Assembly: GCA_964195565.1 (NCBI GenBank)
Contig: CAXMRN010000117.1
Span: 4,087 to 68,086 of the forward strand
Source of the DNA: an uncultured Polyangiaceae bacterium
GTDB lineage: Bacteria; Myxococcota_A; Polyangia; Polyangiales; Houyiibacteriaceae
Direction of reading: 5' to 3'
Length of the DNA stretch: 64,000 bases
The number at the start of each line of letters is the position of its first letter. The stretch's first letter is position 1. Below are positions 9,082 to 17,667 of the stretch, piece after piece. A program made the position numbers and the translations under genes. The notes below the pieces were generated by a model, which was not told the DNA's origin, did no database searches, and saw only the letters and a program-made list of their open reading frames with translations.

Positions 9082-9815
9082 TTGCTCAAAGCGCGTCGCA
9101 GCTCGGCGCGGCTCCAGATGTGCGGCACTCGCACCTCGGACAGCTTGGACAGGCGCTCGGCTCGCTCGCAAAGCGCCCCATCGGGCTCGGGCAGAATGAT
9201 CGTCCGAAGGCTCTCGGAGCGCGTGAAGAACTCGACCACATCCATCGCACGCGGGTCGTGCGTCACTGAATGAATGACGAGGCCCGCGTACTTGGTTTCC
9301 TCGTCCTCGAGCTCGCGAACAGCGTCTGCGAGCGAATCGACACCCGCAACCGGAAGACCAAAGCTCCGAATCTCCGACTCGATCTCTTCGCGGACCCGGC
9401 GACGGGGCTCAAAGACCAAGAGCGGCAGATGTGAGGTCGCCGCGTCGCGCCGCAGGAGCGCGCGCAAGACAGCATTGTGGATCGCGTCTTCCTGGTCGGC
9501 GGACAACACCGGGAACGCAATGGCAAGACCTACGCCGTTGCTTCTGTCGCGCGCCCGACGCACCGAACCGGTCAAGCTCATGGTGTCTTCGCCGGTCGCG
9601 AGATCGATGAGCAGGTGCACGAGGTGACCCGGGCGCAAGTCGCGATCACCGCTGACCATCGCGCCGCCGGCGGAGATGTTCTCGAGCGTGTACTGCCCGA
9701 CGTGGTCGCCCCGTTGAAACAGAACTGCTCGCCCGTCGAGGTCCACTCGGTGGTTCGATCGTCTGTCTCGTTCTGCCCGGGCGTGCCCCATCGAGGTTTC
9801 AGAGTGCCGAGACAT
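9078..9815 (-). CDS. PilZ domain plus C-terminal receiver-like domain protein
   Basis: RRSNHR (RxxxR) and NISAGG ((D/N)xSxxG) motifs. C-terminal LLVFEP... alpha/beta segment resembles a receiver without the Asp. Start 9815 or 9791. Confidence 0.75.
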   Translation of the reverse strand: MSRHSETSMGHARAERDRRSNHRVDLDGRAVLFQRGDHVGQYTLENISAGGAMVSGDRDLRPGHLVHLLIDLATGEDTMSLTGSVRRARDRSNGVGLAIAFPVLSADQEDAIHNAVLRALLRRDAATSHLPLLVFEPRRRVREEIESEIRSFGLPVAGVDSLADAVRELEDEETKYAGLVIHSVTHDPRAMDVVEFFTRSESLRTIILPEPDGALCERAERLSKLSEVRVPHIWSRAELRRALSN

Positions 9816-9888
9816 GCGACGAAAAGCTAGTCCACAAGGGGTGATAGCCCGATCGGTTGTGTGTGATTTTACAGTTCGTTTTTCAGGC

Positions 9889-9916
9889 TTCTCAAAAGAC
9901 CGAATGATTGTATAAT
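9889..9916 (+). promoter_or_regulatory. Candidate sigma70 promoter for the CBS gene
   Basis: TTCTCA-N16-TATAAT in an AT-rich divergent gap, about 25 nt before the ATG. Confidence 0.5.
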
Positions 9917-9939
9917 CGGCGACAGGCGAGGGCCCTACG

Positions 9940-10386
9940 ATGATGAACACACGAATAGGCGACATTCTCCGCAGAAAGGGCGAAGAGGTGTACTCGGTCG
10001 GCCCGCTTGCAACCGTCATCGACGCCGTGAACACGATGAATGATCATCACGTGGGTTCGGTATTGGTCTGTGAAGGTGGCGAACCGATCGGGGTTTTTTC
10101 TGAACGTGACGTGTTGGTGCGCGTCGTTGCCGCGCACCGCGACCCGAGACAAACGTTGGTGCGCGACGTGATGACGACCCGTCTCTATACGGCGACGCCC
10201 GACGATACATTGCTCGAAGTGATGCGCCTGATGACCGACCGCCGTTGTCGTCACGTTCCAGTGATGGAGGGCGGCCGCCTCATAGGGCTCGTATCGATCG
10301 GAGACCTCACGAAGGCGACCCAGTACGATCTACGCCAAGAGGTTCGGGAGCTTTCGAGTTACATCGGAGGCCCGTACTTGAGTTAA
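9940..10386 (+). CDS. Stand-alone tandem CBS domain protein
   Basis: HHVGSVLV...GVFSERD...VRDVMT...RHVPV...GLVSIGDL. Confidence 0.92.
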   Translation: MMNTRIGDILRRKGEEVYSVGPLATVIDAVNTMNDHHVGSVLVCEGGEPIGVFSERDVLVRVVAAHRDPRQTLVRDVMTTRLYTATPDDTLLEVMRLMTDRRCRHVPVMEGGRLIGLVSIGDLTKATQYDLRQEVRELSSYIGGPYLS

Positions 10387-10462
10387 CGCGCGTTGAGCTT
10401 CCCTCTCAACGCGCGCAACGCGTGAGAAAGGCCACCTGACCCCCAAAAACAGGTGGCCTTTT
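10387..10462 (+). terminator. Tandem hairpins after the CBS gene; the second resembles an intrinsic terminator
   Basis: CGCGCGTTGAG-N7-CTCAACGCGCG (10387-10415) and AAAGGCCACCTG-N11-CAGGTGGCCTTT(T) (10427-10462). Confidence 0.6.
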
Positions 10463-10479
10463 GCTAAGTGCTCGTAGTG

Positions 10480-10520
10480 GCGGTCTGCGGTCGGCGGTGC
10501 GCGGTCTGCGGTTTGAGGTT
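10480..10520. repeat. Heptamer tandem repeat (GCGGTNN)
   Basis: GCGGTCT GCGGTCG GCGGTGC GCGGTCT GCGGTTT GAGGTT; same unit type as at 736-760. Confidence 0.75.
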
Positions 10521-10551
10521 GTTGGGGGGGGTCTGATAGAGTGCCGGCGGT

Positions 10552-12378
10552 ATGCCGAGCCTCAAATGGATGGTGCCTCAGGGCCGGCCTCGCGTGTTTG
10601 GGATCTACAAGCGTGTGACGTCGATTGGGGCGGCGGGGGCCAACGATGTGGTTATCGAATCGGCTTCGCTCGAGGCGCATCACGCACAGGTCGTGTTCGA
10701 CGGGCGCGATTTTTCGGTGGCTGCCGTCGATGCCGGGGCGGTGCTCCACGTCAACGGGAAGAAGAAGAAGAAGTCGAAGATCTTCCACAACGACAAGCTG
10801 ACCCTCGGCGACGTCGATCTGGTCTTCTCGCTCTACGACGAGAGCGGCACGGCCAGAGACGTCGACACCGAAGGCAGCGCTTCTCACACCTCGGAGATCG
10901 AGGGAATGACGAAGCTGAGCGATTTCAATCGCAGGCTACTCGAGATCCGGGAGATCCCCGAGCAAATCGAGACGTTGCTGGACGCGGTGATCGACGTCGT
11001 ACACGCCAACAAGGGCTTCGTGATCCTGCTCCGCGACGGCGACCCAGAGATCGCTGCAGCGCGAAACGTCGATCGCGAGACGATTCCAGACGCGGTCACA
11101 CAGCTCTCGGACAGCATCCTGAGGCGCTGCATCGACACGCGTCAGCCGCTGATCGTTAGCGATGCCGTCAACGACACCATGTTCAACTCGAGCGAGAGTG
11201 TGCTCGATTTACAACTCAGCTCGGTCATGGTCGCGCCGCTCATTGCGCAGACTCAGCTTCTCGGACTGATCTACGTCGGCAACGACAACGTGGTAAACCT
11301 GTTCGAGCAGTCGAGCCTCGAGGTCCTGACCGTGTTTGCGGGCCAGGCTTCGCTCATCTTGCAGAACGCCATTCTGCTCAATCAGCTGACGACCGATCGC
11401 GACCGTATCGCCGAAGAGCTCGAGGCGCAGAAGTTCGGCGACATCATTGGGAGCTGCCCGAGCCTGCAGGAGGTGTTTCGGCGTGTGGAAAAGGTTGCCG
11501 CGGCCGACATCAACGTGCTGATCACGGGTGAAACCGGCACCGGCAAGGAGTTGTTTGCGCGGGAGCTCCATCGTCGCTCGAACCGCGCAGAGGGACCGTT
11601 CGTCGTGGTCAACTGCGGTGCCATCCCCGAGAACCTCATGGAGTCCGAGCTCTTCGGTCATGTGCGCGGGGCGTTCACCGGTGCGGTCTCGACGCGCCAG
11701 GGAAGCTTCCAAGCGGCCGACGGAGGCACGCTCTTCCTAGACGAGATCGGCGAGATGCCGCCGGCGCTCCAGGTCAAGCTCTTGCGCGCGCTCCAGGAGC
11801 GCGTGATCGTCAAGGTTGGGGACACGAAGCCGCAGTCCGTTGATATCCGCATCCTCGCCGCGACCAACCGCGATCTGGAAGCGTCGATCAAGGAGTCGAC
11901 ATTTCGCGAGGACCTCTACTATCGACTGAATGTCGTGAACCTTCACCTGCCGCCGCTTCGGGAGCGCGGTGACGACATTGTCATTCTTGCGAAGTTCTTG
12001 CTCAACAAGTACGCGGCGGAATTTGGCGCGCCCGTCAAGGGCTTCACACCGAAGGCGCTCGAAGCGATGCACGGCTACGACTGGCCGGGCAATGTCCGTC
12101 AGTTGGAGAACCGAATCAAGAAGGCCATCGTACTGGCAGACAAGACCTTGATCGGACCCGAAGATCTCGACTTGGGTAGCGATAGCCGACGTGCGGTGGT
12201 TCCGCTCACGGAGGCGCGGGAGGACTTCACGAGGCAGTACATCCTCGATGTCCTCGAACGCAATGGCGGCAATCGGACCCGGACGGCCCGCGAGCTGGGC
12301 GTCGATCCGCGAACGGTCTTTCGCTACCTGGAGCGCGATCCGGACGCCCCGGAGCCCGGTGGCCCCGCCGGGGGCTGA
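10552..12378 (+). CDS. Sigma54-dependent transcriptional activator (FHA-GAF-AAA+-HTH)
   Basis: N-terminal FHA-like region (SIG...NDVVI...HHAQV...VNG), GAF (SVMVAPL...LGLIYV), GETGTGKE, ESELFGH, GAFTGA, FLDEIG, WPGNVRQLEN, Fis-type HTH. Confidence 0.93.
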   Translation: MPSLKWMVPQGRPRVFGIYKRVTSIGAAGANDVVIESASLEAHHAQVVFDGRDFSVAAVDAGAVLHVNGKKKKKSKIFHNDKLTLGDVDLVFSLYDESGTARDVDTEGSASHTSEIEGMTKLSDFNRRLLEIREIPEQIETLLDAVIDVVHANKGFVILLRDGDPEIAAARNVDRETIPDAVTQLSDSILRRCIDTRQPLIVSDAVNDTMFNSSESVLDLQLSSVMVAPLIAQTQLLGLIYVGNDNVVNLFEQSSLEVLTVFAGQASLILQNAILLNQLTTDRDRIAEELEAQKFGDIIGSCPSLQEVFRRVEKVAAADINVLITGETGTGKELFARELHRRSNRAEGPFVVVNCGAIPENLMESELFGHVRGAFTGAVSTRQGSFQAADGGTLFLDEIGEMPPALQVKLLRALQERVIVKVGDTKPQSVDIRILAATNRDLEASIKESTFREDLYYRLNVVNLHLPPLRERGDDIVILAKFLLNKYAAEFGAPVKGFTPKALEAMHGYDWPGNVRQLENRIKKAIVLADKTLIGPEDLDLGSDSRRAVVPLTEAREDFTRQYILDVLERNGGNRTRTARELGVDPRTVFRYLERDPDAPEPGGPAGG

Positions 12379-12389
12379 CATTAATGTCA
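12376..12389. promoter_or_regulatory. Perfect palindrome TGACATTAATGTCA, candidate enhancer (UAS)
   Basis: 14-bp perfect inverted repeat overlapping the activator stop codon, about 65 bp upstream of a -24 element. Confidence 0.6.
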
Positions 12390-12452
12390 TAGGTGATACC
12401 CCGAATTCGTGGAACAATGTTGAAAACCCAAGGGTTTTGGGCGTCGGAGCCG

Positions 12453-12468
12453 CGGCATGGCGTTTGCT
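12453..12468 (+). promoter_or_regulatory. Sigma54 (-24/-12) promoter
   Basis: CGGCATGGCGTTTGCT: GG-N10-GC spacing with TTGC at -12. Confidence 0.7.
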
Positions 12469-12483
12469 TCTAAATTAACCGGA

Positions 12484-13002
12484 ATGCTTTTCTTCGCTTC
12501 ATGTACGGCGCTAGGCGCCTCGGCTAGTGGCTGCATTGCGACCAGCACGATCGAGTTCGAGTCGGACGAGAATTTCCCGCCCTCGATCATTAGTCAGCCC
12601 CTCGCTGATTTTCCGCTCAACGAGATCGGCCAGATCAATCTCGACGATCCGGTCGAGGTACCGGAGATGTTGCTTCAGGTGATCATCCGCGATCCGAACT
12701 TCGATCAAACTCTCGAGTACAGAATCTTTCTCGATGCGCCGCCGCCGCCAGCGGCAGAGCTTCAGATACAGGAAGGCGAGCTCGACCCGAGCGGGTTCCT
12801 CGAGCGCGATTCGGAGTTCGCCATCCCCTACGACCTCCTCGAGCCCGGCATCTGCCACAAGATCGAGCTCGTCGTCGTAGGCAGGTTCGCGAGCAACGTG
12901 GAGAAGCGCCGCCCGGAGCAAGAGGGCGACATCGACCAGGCGACCTGGTGGGTCGAAGTGACCAATTCCGACAACCCCGTCATCACGGTGGAGTGCCGAT
13001 GA
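12484..13002 (+). CDS. Hypothetical lipoprotein (beta-rich, possibly Ig-like)
   Basis: MLFFASCTALGASASG|C lipobox-like. Start moved to ATG 12484 because ATG 12457 lies inside the sigma54 motif. Confidence 0.7.
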   Translation: MLFFASCTALGASASGCIATSTIEFESDENFPPSIISQPLADFPLNEIGQINLDDPVEVPEMLLQVIIRDPNFDQTLEYRIFLDAPPPPAAELQIQEGELDPSGFLERDSEFAIPYDLLEPGICHKIELVVVGRFASNVEKRRPEQEGDIDQATWWVEVTNSDNPVITVECR

Positions 13003-14708
13003 GGAAGTCGCTGTGGTTACTGGCTCTCGTCACCGCCGTCGGATGTGACTTTGGCGCTGATCAGGCGTCGCCGCTGCTCGACAACTCATGCGCGGGTGAC
13101 GCGGCCTGCGAGCAGGGGGTCTGCGACGGTCAGATCTGCATCGACGACTCCGGCGCGTCGGTAGAGGTCGCGATCGAGGTGCTTCGAGGTTCTTCAGATA
13201 CTGAGGGGGTCACGCCGGCGAGCTGGGCGTTTGGCGCGGAGCCGGCTTCGGGCTCGAGCACGCGTGACCTCGTCCTTCCCGCGACTCGCGAGGTGGTCGG
13301 GACGGTTCGCTGGGATGGCGTTCGTATTCCGGCGATGCTCCGTTTCGTTCGCCGGATGGACAGCTCCGTGGAGCCGCTGCCGCCGGTTGCGGTTGAAGTC
13401 GACACCGTCCGCGACGCCAGCGCCGGCGCGGAGGGCGACGACTTCAGCACTGTATTGGTTGCGGGCGCGACCTACCACGTGACCGTCCTGCCGAGCAGCG
13501 ACACGGTGATGGCTCCCATGGAGGATACCGCTCCTGCGATTCGTAGCCTCCCGCCGCTCTACTTGGATCTAGAGGTAGGCGACGACGTCCCCGAGCCCTT
13601 GCGGTTTGACGTGATGTTTCCTCCAGGACTTGCCGACGCCTGCGGAGCGAACGTCGACATTGGGTGCAGCCTGGAAGCCACAGTCCTCAGCTTCGATGGA
13701 GAGGTGGAGATCCCCGAGGCGGGGTTGCAGGTGCGCGCGATCGAAAAGACCAGCGCACGCGTCGTTTCTTCTATTGCCGAGACCGACGAGAATGGTCTCT
13801 TCACGATTCGAGTCAGCGACTCTGCGGCCGACTATCTGATTCGCGTCACCTCCAGCGCCGGCCGCGACCCCTTCCCAGCGGTGTCGGTCGACCCGGACGT
13901 CGCATTCGCGAACGACCCCGACGAGAAGCGCATCTACATTCCGCGCCTCAGTCCCGTTCAGTTCACTGGTCGCGTGCGTGATGAAGAGGACAGGCCGGTG
14001 CCGGGCGCAACGGTACGGTTCCTGTCGACCGGCATCTTTGGCGGGAATCAGCTTGGGCTAGAGGGGTCATTTGGCGGGTCCGCCACCACCGATGCGGAGG
14101 GCCGTTTCGGCGTCGAGCTCCTCTCGGGCTACTACTCGATCGCCGTTACCCCACCCGAAGACGCGGACAACGCCTGGGGCGTTCTCGGCGCCGAGTCTCT
14201 CGTTGGCGAAGAATTCACCGGAGGCGACACGTTGATCGTCCCGTCGCAGATCGGCCTTCGAGGTTGGATTACGACGTTCCGCGACGAGTCCGCGCCAGGG
14301 GTCACGATCCTTGCTCGGGCCCGCATGAGCGAGGACTTGGGGGCTAGGTCGCAAGAGACGGTGTCCAACGATATCGGCGCGTTCGCGATGAGCGTGGATG
14401 TCGGACTCTACGACATGCACCTCAAGACTTCGCCCGACTCAGGCTTTGCGTGGCTGGTCGAGCCGGAGCTGGCGATGAGCCCCGAGGAAGGCGACTCGGT
14501 GCGAGGCTATCGGCTGGACCCGCCCATTCCGGTGCAGGGCGTGATTCGAGCGAGTGATGGAGATGTCGTTCCCAACGCGTTGATTCGCGCCTACGTGCTG
14601 AAAACCGTCGAGGGATCGGCGGGCCGCTCCATCCAAGTCGCCGAGACCGAGTCGGGCGAAGACGGAAGCTATCGGCTGCTCATTGCGCCGCGCCTTCGCG
14701 ACGAATGA
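12999..14708 (+). CDS. Lipoprotein with repeated carboxypeptidase-regulatory-like (prealbumin-fold) domains
   Basis: MRKSLWLLALVTAVG|C, one Cys module (CAGDAACEQGVCDGQIC), repeated G.V.D..G.PV.GA.V...TD..G.F motifs. ATGA overlap with the upstream gene. Confidence 0.75.
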   Translation: MRKSLWLLALVTAVGCDFGADQASPLLDNSCAGDAACEQGVCDGQICIDDSGASVEVAIEVLRGSSDTEGVTPASWAFGAEPASGSSTRDLVLPATREVVGTVRWDGVRIPAMLRFVRRMDSSVEPLPPVAVEVDTVRDASAGAEGDDFSTVLVAGATYHVTVLPSSDTVMAPMEDTAPAIRSLPPLYLDLEVGDDVPEPLRFDVMFPPGLADACGANVDIGCSLEATVLSFDGEVEIPEAGLQVRAIEKTSARVVSSIAETDENGLFTIRVSDSAADYLIRVTSSAGRDPFPAVSVDPDVAFANDPDEKRIYIPRLSPVQFTGRVRDEEDRPVPGATVRFLSTGIFGGNQLGLEGSFGGSATTDAEGRFGVELLSGYYSIAVTPPEDADNAWGVLGAESLVGEEFTGGDTLIVPSQIGLRGWITTFRDESAPGVTILARARMSEDLGARSQETVSNDIGAFAMSVDVGLYDMHLKTSPDSGFAWLVEPELAMSPEEGDSVRGYRLDPPIPVQGVIRASDGDVVPNALIRAYVLKTVEGSAGRSIQVAETESGEDGSYRLLIAPRLRDE

Positions 14709-16224
14709 GCATCCACAGGATCGCTGCGAGACCGAGCCACCCCGGCCAGTCACCGAAGCGAGTGTAGACTGTCTCCCCCTCGAGCATGTGGACGTCGTAG
14801 CGTAGATTCTCACGCGTGAGCACACCGGTCTGTGCGACCACCCGTCCGAGCGGATCCACGACCGCGCTGATGCCGCTGTTGGTGGATCGCACCATGTACC
14901 GGCGATGCTCGATGGCGCGGTACTGTGACAACACCAAGTGAATTGCCGGCTCTTGCGTGTCGCCAAACCAAGCGTCGTTGGTGAGATTGATCAGGATGTG
15001 GGGATTGGCTTCGCGAACCATTCGCCGGGTGAAGCGCGCGAGCACGTCCTCGTAGCAAACCGGCGTGGAGATGCGCCAGTCGCCGAACGTGATCGGGCGC
15101 ACGTGAGTTCCCGCGCTGAAGCGACCGCTGTTCGGAGAAAGCTCGTAGAGGATCGGGAACCTGTCACCCAACGGGAGGTACTCGCCAAACATCAACAGAT
15201 AGGTCTTGTCGTAGGTTGACTCGACCATGCCGTCCTCGTCGGCGAGGAACACCGTGTTGTAGATCTTGCGCTCACCGTCGACGAGCTCGGTCGACACTCC
15301 GCCAAAGAGGACCGGTGTATGGAGACCTCGCCGGACCCGGCTTGCATCCGTCGGCAACCTGCGAGGCAGCCCGCCGACAAACGCCGATTCAGGCCACACG
15401 ATGAGGTCGAGCTCGCCCGCCTCCTCCAGTTGGCGGCTCTGCTCGAGATGGCGGCGGTGGCCTTCGAGCGCCTCAGCGCGCTTCTCGAAGATCCCCATGT
15501 TCACCTGCACAATCCCCAGGCGAAGGACGGGCGCTGCGTCCATCTGCGCTTCGACCTGTGCGATCCGCACGGCCCCGTAGATGAGGGTGAAGGCCAATGC
15601 CGCAGCCGCTAGTCCCCACAACGTTTTCGGTGCTCCGCGGCGCCGGGCCCGCCATTCCCAGGCCTCGTAGATGGAGAGGTTCACGAGCGCGATGACGACC
15701 GTGACGAGCATCGGGCCGCCGAGGTCCGCGATCTGAACCAGCGCGGTTTGGTGCTGAAGGCTGTTGGAAAGATAGGTGGGGAAAAGAGATGGATAGAGCC
15801 ACTCGATCAGGAGCAACACCGGGATGGCTACGATGCTCACCCTCCAACCTCGGCGCCGGAGGGCGCGGTAGATCAGACCATAGACAGCGAAATTGAACCC
15901 GAGGTAGGCCGAGAACAGGAACCAAAAGAGAGCGCTCGCGGCGTACCCGTATCCCGAGAACACGTCGAGGAACTCTACGAGCCAGTGATAGCCGCCGGCG
16001 CAGGTCACAGTCCCGTACAACCACGCGACCCGGAGCGTGTGGCCCCAGCTCCGCGTGAGGCCGAGCTCCAACGCGCGCCAGAGTGGAACCAGGCACAAGA
16101 ACGAAAGCGGCCAGAACCCAAAGCCGGCCCAGCCTAGAAAGTAGAGGGTCCCGCCAAGGACGGCGAGGCCGTAGGCTTGATAACGAGGCGGCACGCTCGC
16201 GGGTGGAGTGGGAGTCTCGGTCAC
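14680..16224 (-). CDS. lnt: Apolipoprotein N-acyltransferase
   Basis: N-terminal TM helices, IVQVN, WPESA, YDKTYLLMFGEYLP, VCYED, TNDAWF, RAIE, STNSGIS. GTG start overlaps the bioA stop. Confidence 0.93.
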   Translation of the reverse strand: MTETPTPPASVPPRYQAYGLAVLGGTLYFLGWAGFGFWPLSFLCLVPLWRALELGLTRSWGHTLRVAWLYGTVTCAGGYHWLVEFLDVFSGYGYAASALFWFLFSAYLGFNFAVYGLIYRALRRRGWRVSIVAIPVLLLIEWLYPSLFPTYLSNSLQHQTALVQIADLGGPMLVTVVIALVNLSIYEAWEWRARRRGAPKTLWGLAAAALAFTLIYGAVRIAQVEAQMDAAPVLRLGIVQVNMGIFEKRAEALEGHRRHLEQSRQLEEAGELDLIVWPESAFVGGLPRRLPTDASRVRRGLHTPVLFGGVSTELVDGERKIYNTVFLADEDGMVESTYDKTYLLMFGEYLPLGDRFPILYELSPNSGRFSAGTHVRPITFGDWRISTPVCYEDVLARFTRRMVREANPHILINLTNDAWFGDTQEPAIHLVLSQYRAIEHRRYMVRSTNSGISAVVDPLGRVVAQTGVLTRENLRYDVHMLEGETVYTRFGDWPGWLGLAAILWMLIRREGAAQ

Positions 16225-17522
16225 TGGGCGGTTACTAGCACGCGTTCGGTGGATTCGTGCACGATGTCGAGCAGGCGATCGAGGTCCGCGTCCTCGATGT
16301 TGAGCGGCGGAACGACGTACACGGTGTTGCCGAGCGGCCGGAGGTGAGCACCGAGTTCGAGGGCTGCCTCCGAGATTTCCCAGCCGACAGTGCCCATGTA
16401 CCCGGGGGCCCCGACGTCGAAAGCCGCACACATGCCTAGCGAGCGCGGCGCGGTCACGCCCGAGATCTCGGTCATGCGTTCGATCCGTGTTGCGAGCTTG
16501 GCAGCCTTGGGCTTGGCAGACTCGAGAACGTCATCGTCTCGGTAAATCGCGAGGACTTCGCGTGCCACCGCGGCGCCCAGGGGATTTCCGCAGAAGGTAT
16601 GACCATGCATCAGCGCGCGCTCCTTGCCGCCCCGAAAGCCATCGTAGATGCGGTCGGTCGCGAGGGTGGCAGCGAAGGGGAGCACCCCCCCGGAGAGTCC
16701 CTTAGCGGTGCACAGGAGGTCCGGCGTGACTCCGGCGTGCTCGCACGCCCACATGGGCCCAGTTCGGCCAAACCCAGTGAACACCTCGTCGGCGATCAGA
16801 AACGTATCGGCTCGCTTCGTTTCCTCCTGCAGTGCCGCGAGCAGGGCGGCTGGATACATCCGCATGCCGGCAGCGCCCTGCACGATCGGCTCGATGATCA
16901 CACCCGCGATCTCGTCTGGCTTGTCGCGCAGAAGCGCCAGCAGTTGCCCGAACACCGGTTCCCATTCGTGGTCGACCGCATCGGGTGGCCGTTGCACGTC
17001 GATGAGGAGAGGGCCGAAGACGGCAGTGAACTCGTCGACGTCGCCGACACTCATCGCGCCTAGCGTGTCGCCGTGATAGCCCCCCGGCAGGGCGAGGAAG
17101 CGTTTGCGTTTGGGATGCCCGTTCTGCTGCCAATACTGAAACGCGATCTTCAACGCGACCTCCACGGCCGTCGACCCATTGTCGCTATAGAAGACCCGGG
17201 TAAGGCCGTCCGGAGCGGCCGCGACGAGCTCGGCGGCAAGCCGGGAAGCGGGTTCATGCGTCGCAGCGGCCAGCGTACAGTGCATCATCCGCTCCGACTG
17301 CCGAGTGATCGCGTCCCGGAGACGCGGATGGCCGTGTCCAAGATTGTTGCACCACCACGACCCGCTGGCATCGAGCACCCGCCGCCCATCGCTGGTGATC
17401 AACCAGGGCCCCTCCGCCCGATCCACGACCAACAGAGGCCGAGCCTCATGATCGTTGCTCGATGTATACGGTCGCCACAGGTGCGCCCGGTCGAGAGCGA
17501 TGAGCTCGTCATCGGAGGACAT
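16221..17522 (-). CDS. bioA: Adenosylmethionine-8-amino-7-oxononanoate aminotransferase
   Basis: HLWRPYT, SWW, SDNGSTAVEVALK, YHGDT, EPIVQGAAGM, DEVFTGFGRTG, AKGLSGG, HGHTFCGNP, RPLGN. Confidence 0.94.
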   Translation of the reverse strand: MSSDDELIALDRAHLWRPYTSSNDHEARPLLVVDRAEGPWLITSDGRRVLDASGSWWCNNLGHGHPRLRDAITRQSERMMHCTLAAATHEPASRLAAELVAAAPDGLTRVFYSDNGSTAVEVALKIAFQYWQQNGHPKRKRFLALPGGYHGDTLGAMSVGDVDEFTAVFGPLLIDVQRPPDAVDHEWEPVFGQLLALLRDKPDEIAGVIIEPIVQGAAGMRMYPAALLAALQEETKRADTFLIADEVFTGFGRTGPMWACEHAGVTPDLLCTAKGLSGGVLPFAATLATDRIYDGFRGGKERALMHGHTFCGNPLGAAVAREVLAIYRDDDVLESAKPKAAKLATRIERMTEISGVTAPRSLGMCAAFDVGAPGYMGTVGWEISEAALELGAHLRPLGNTVYVVPPLNIEDADLDRLLDIVHESTERVLVTAQ

Positions 17523-17535
17523 CCAGCCACTGTGC

Positions 17536-17657
17536 GCCAGCGCCAGCGCCAGCGCCAGCGTCAGTGTCACTGGCAGTGCCAGTGACGGTGTCAGTGCCAG
17601 CGTCAGTGACAGTTGCCAGTGACGGTGCCAGCGTCAGTGCCAGTGGCCGCGATCCGC
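17536..17657. repeat. Degenerate GCCAGY hexamer array with internal palindrome
   Basis: 18 hexamers (GCCAGC/GTCAGT/GACGGT etc., one extra T) at 17536-17644. Internal GTCACTGGC-AGT-GCCAGTGAC. Ends in GGCCGCGATCCGC, like the array at 451-602. Confidence 0.9.
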
Positions 17658-17667
17658 AGTTCTGAAA

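Noticed and set aside
10759..10773. (AAG)5 giving NGKKKKKSK in the activator
   Set aside because: Short in-frame trinucleotide run in a typically basic FHA loop; no evidence of phase variation.
12410..12424. TGGAACAATGTTGAA as a sigma54 promoter
   Set aside because: Spacing is off by one and the -12 GC is missing; the site at 12453 fits properly.
17523..17570. Signal-peptide-like extension MTLTLALALALAHSGW on BioA
   Set aside because: It derives from the hexamer repeat. BioA is cytoplasmic and family similarity begins at MSSDDELIALD.
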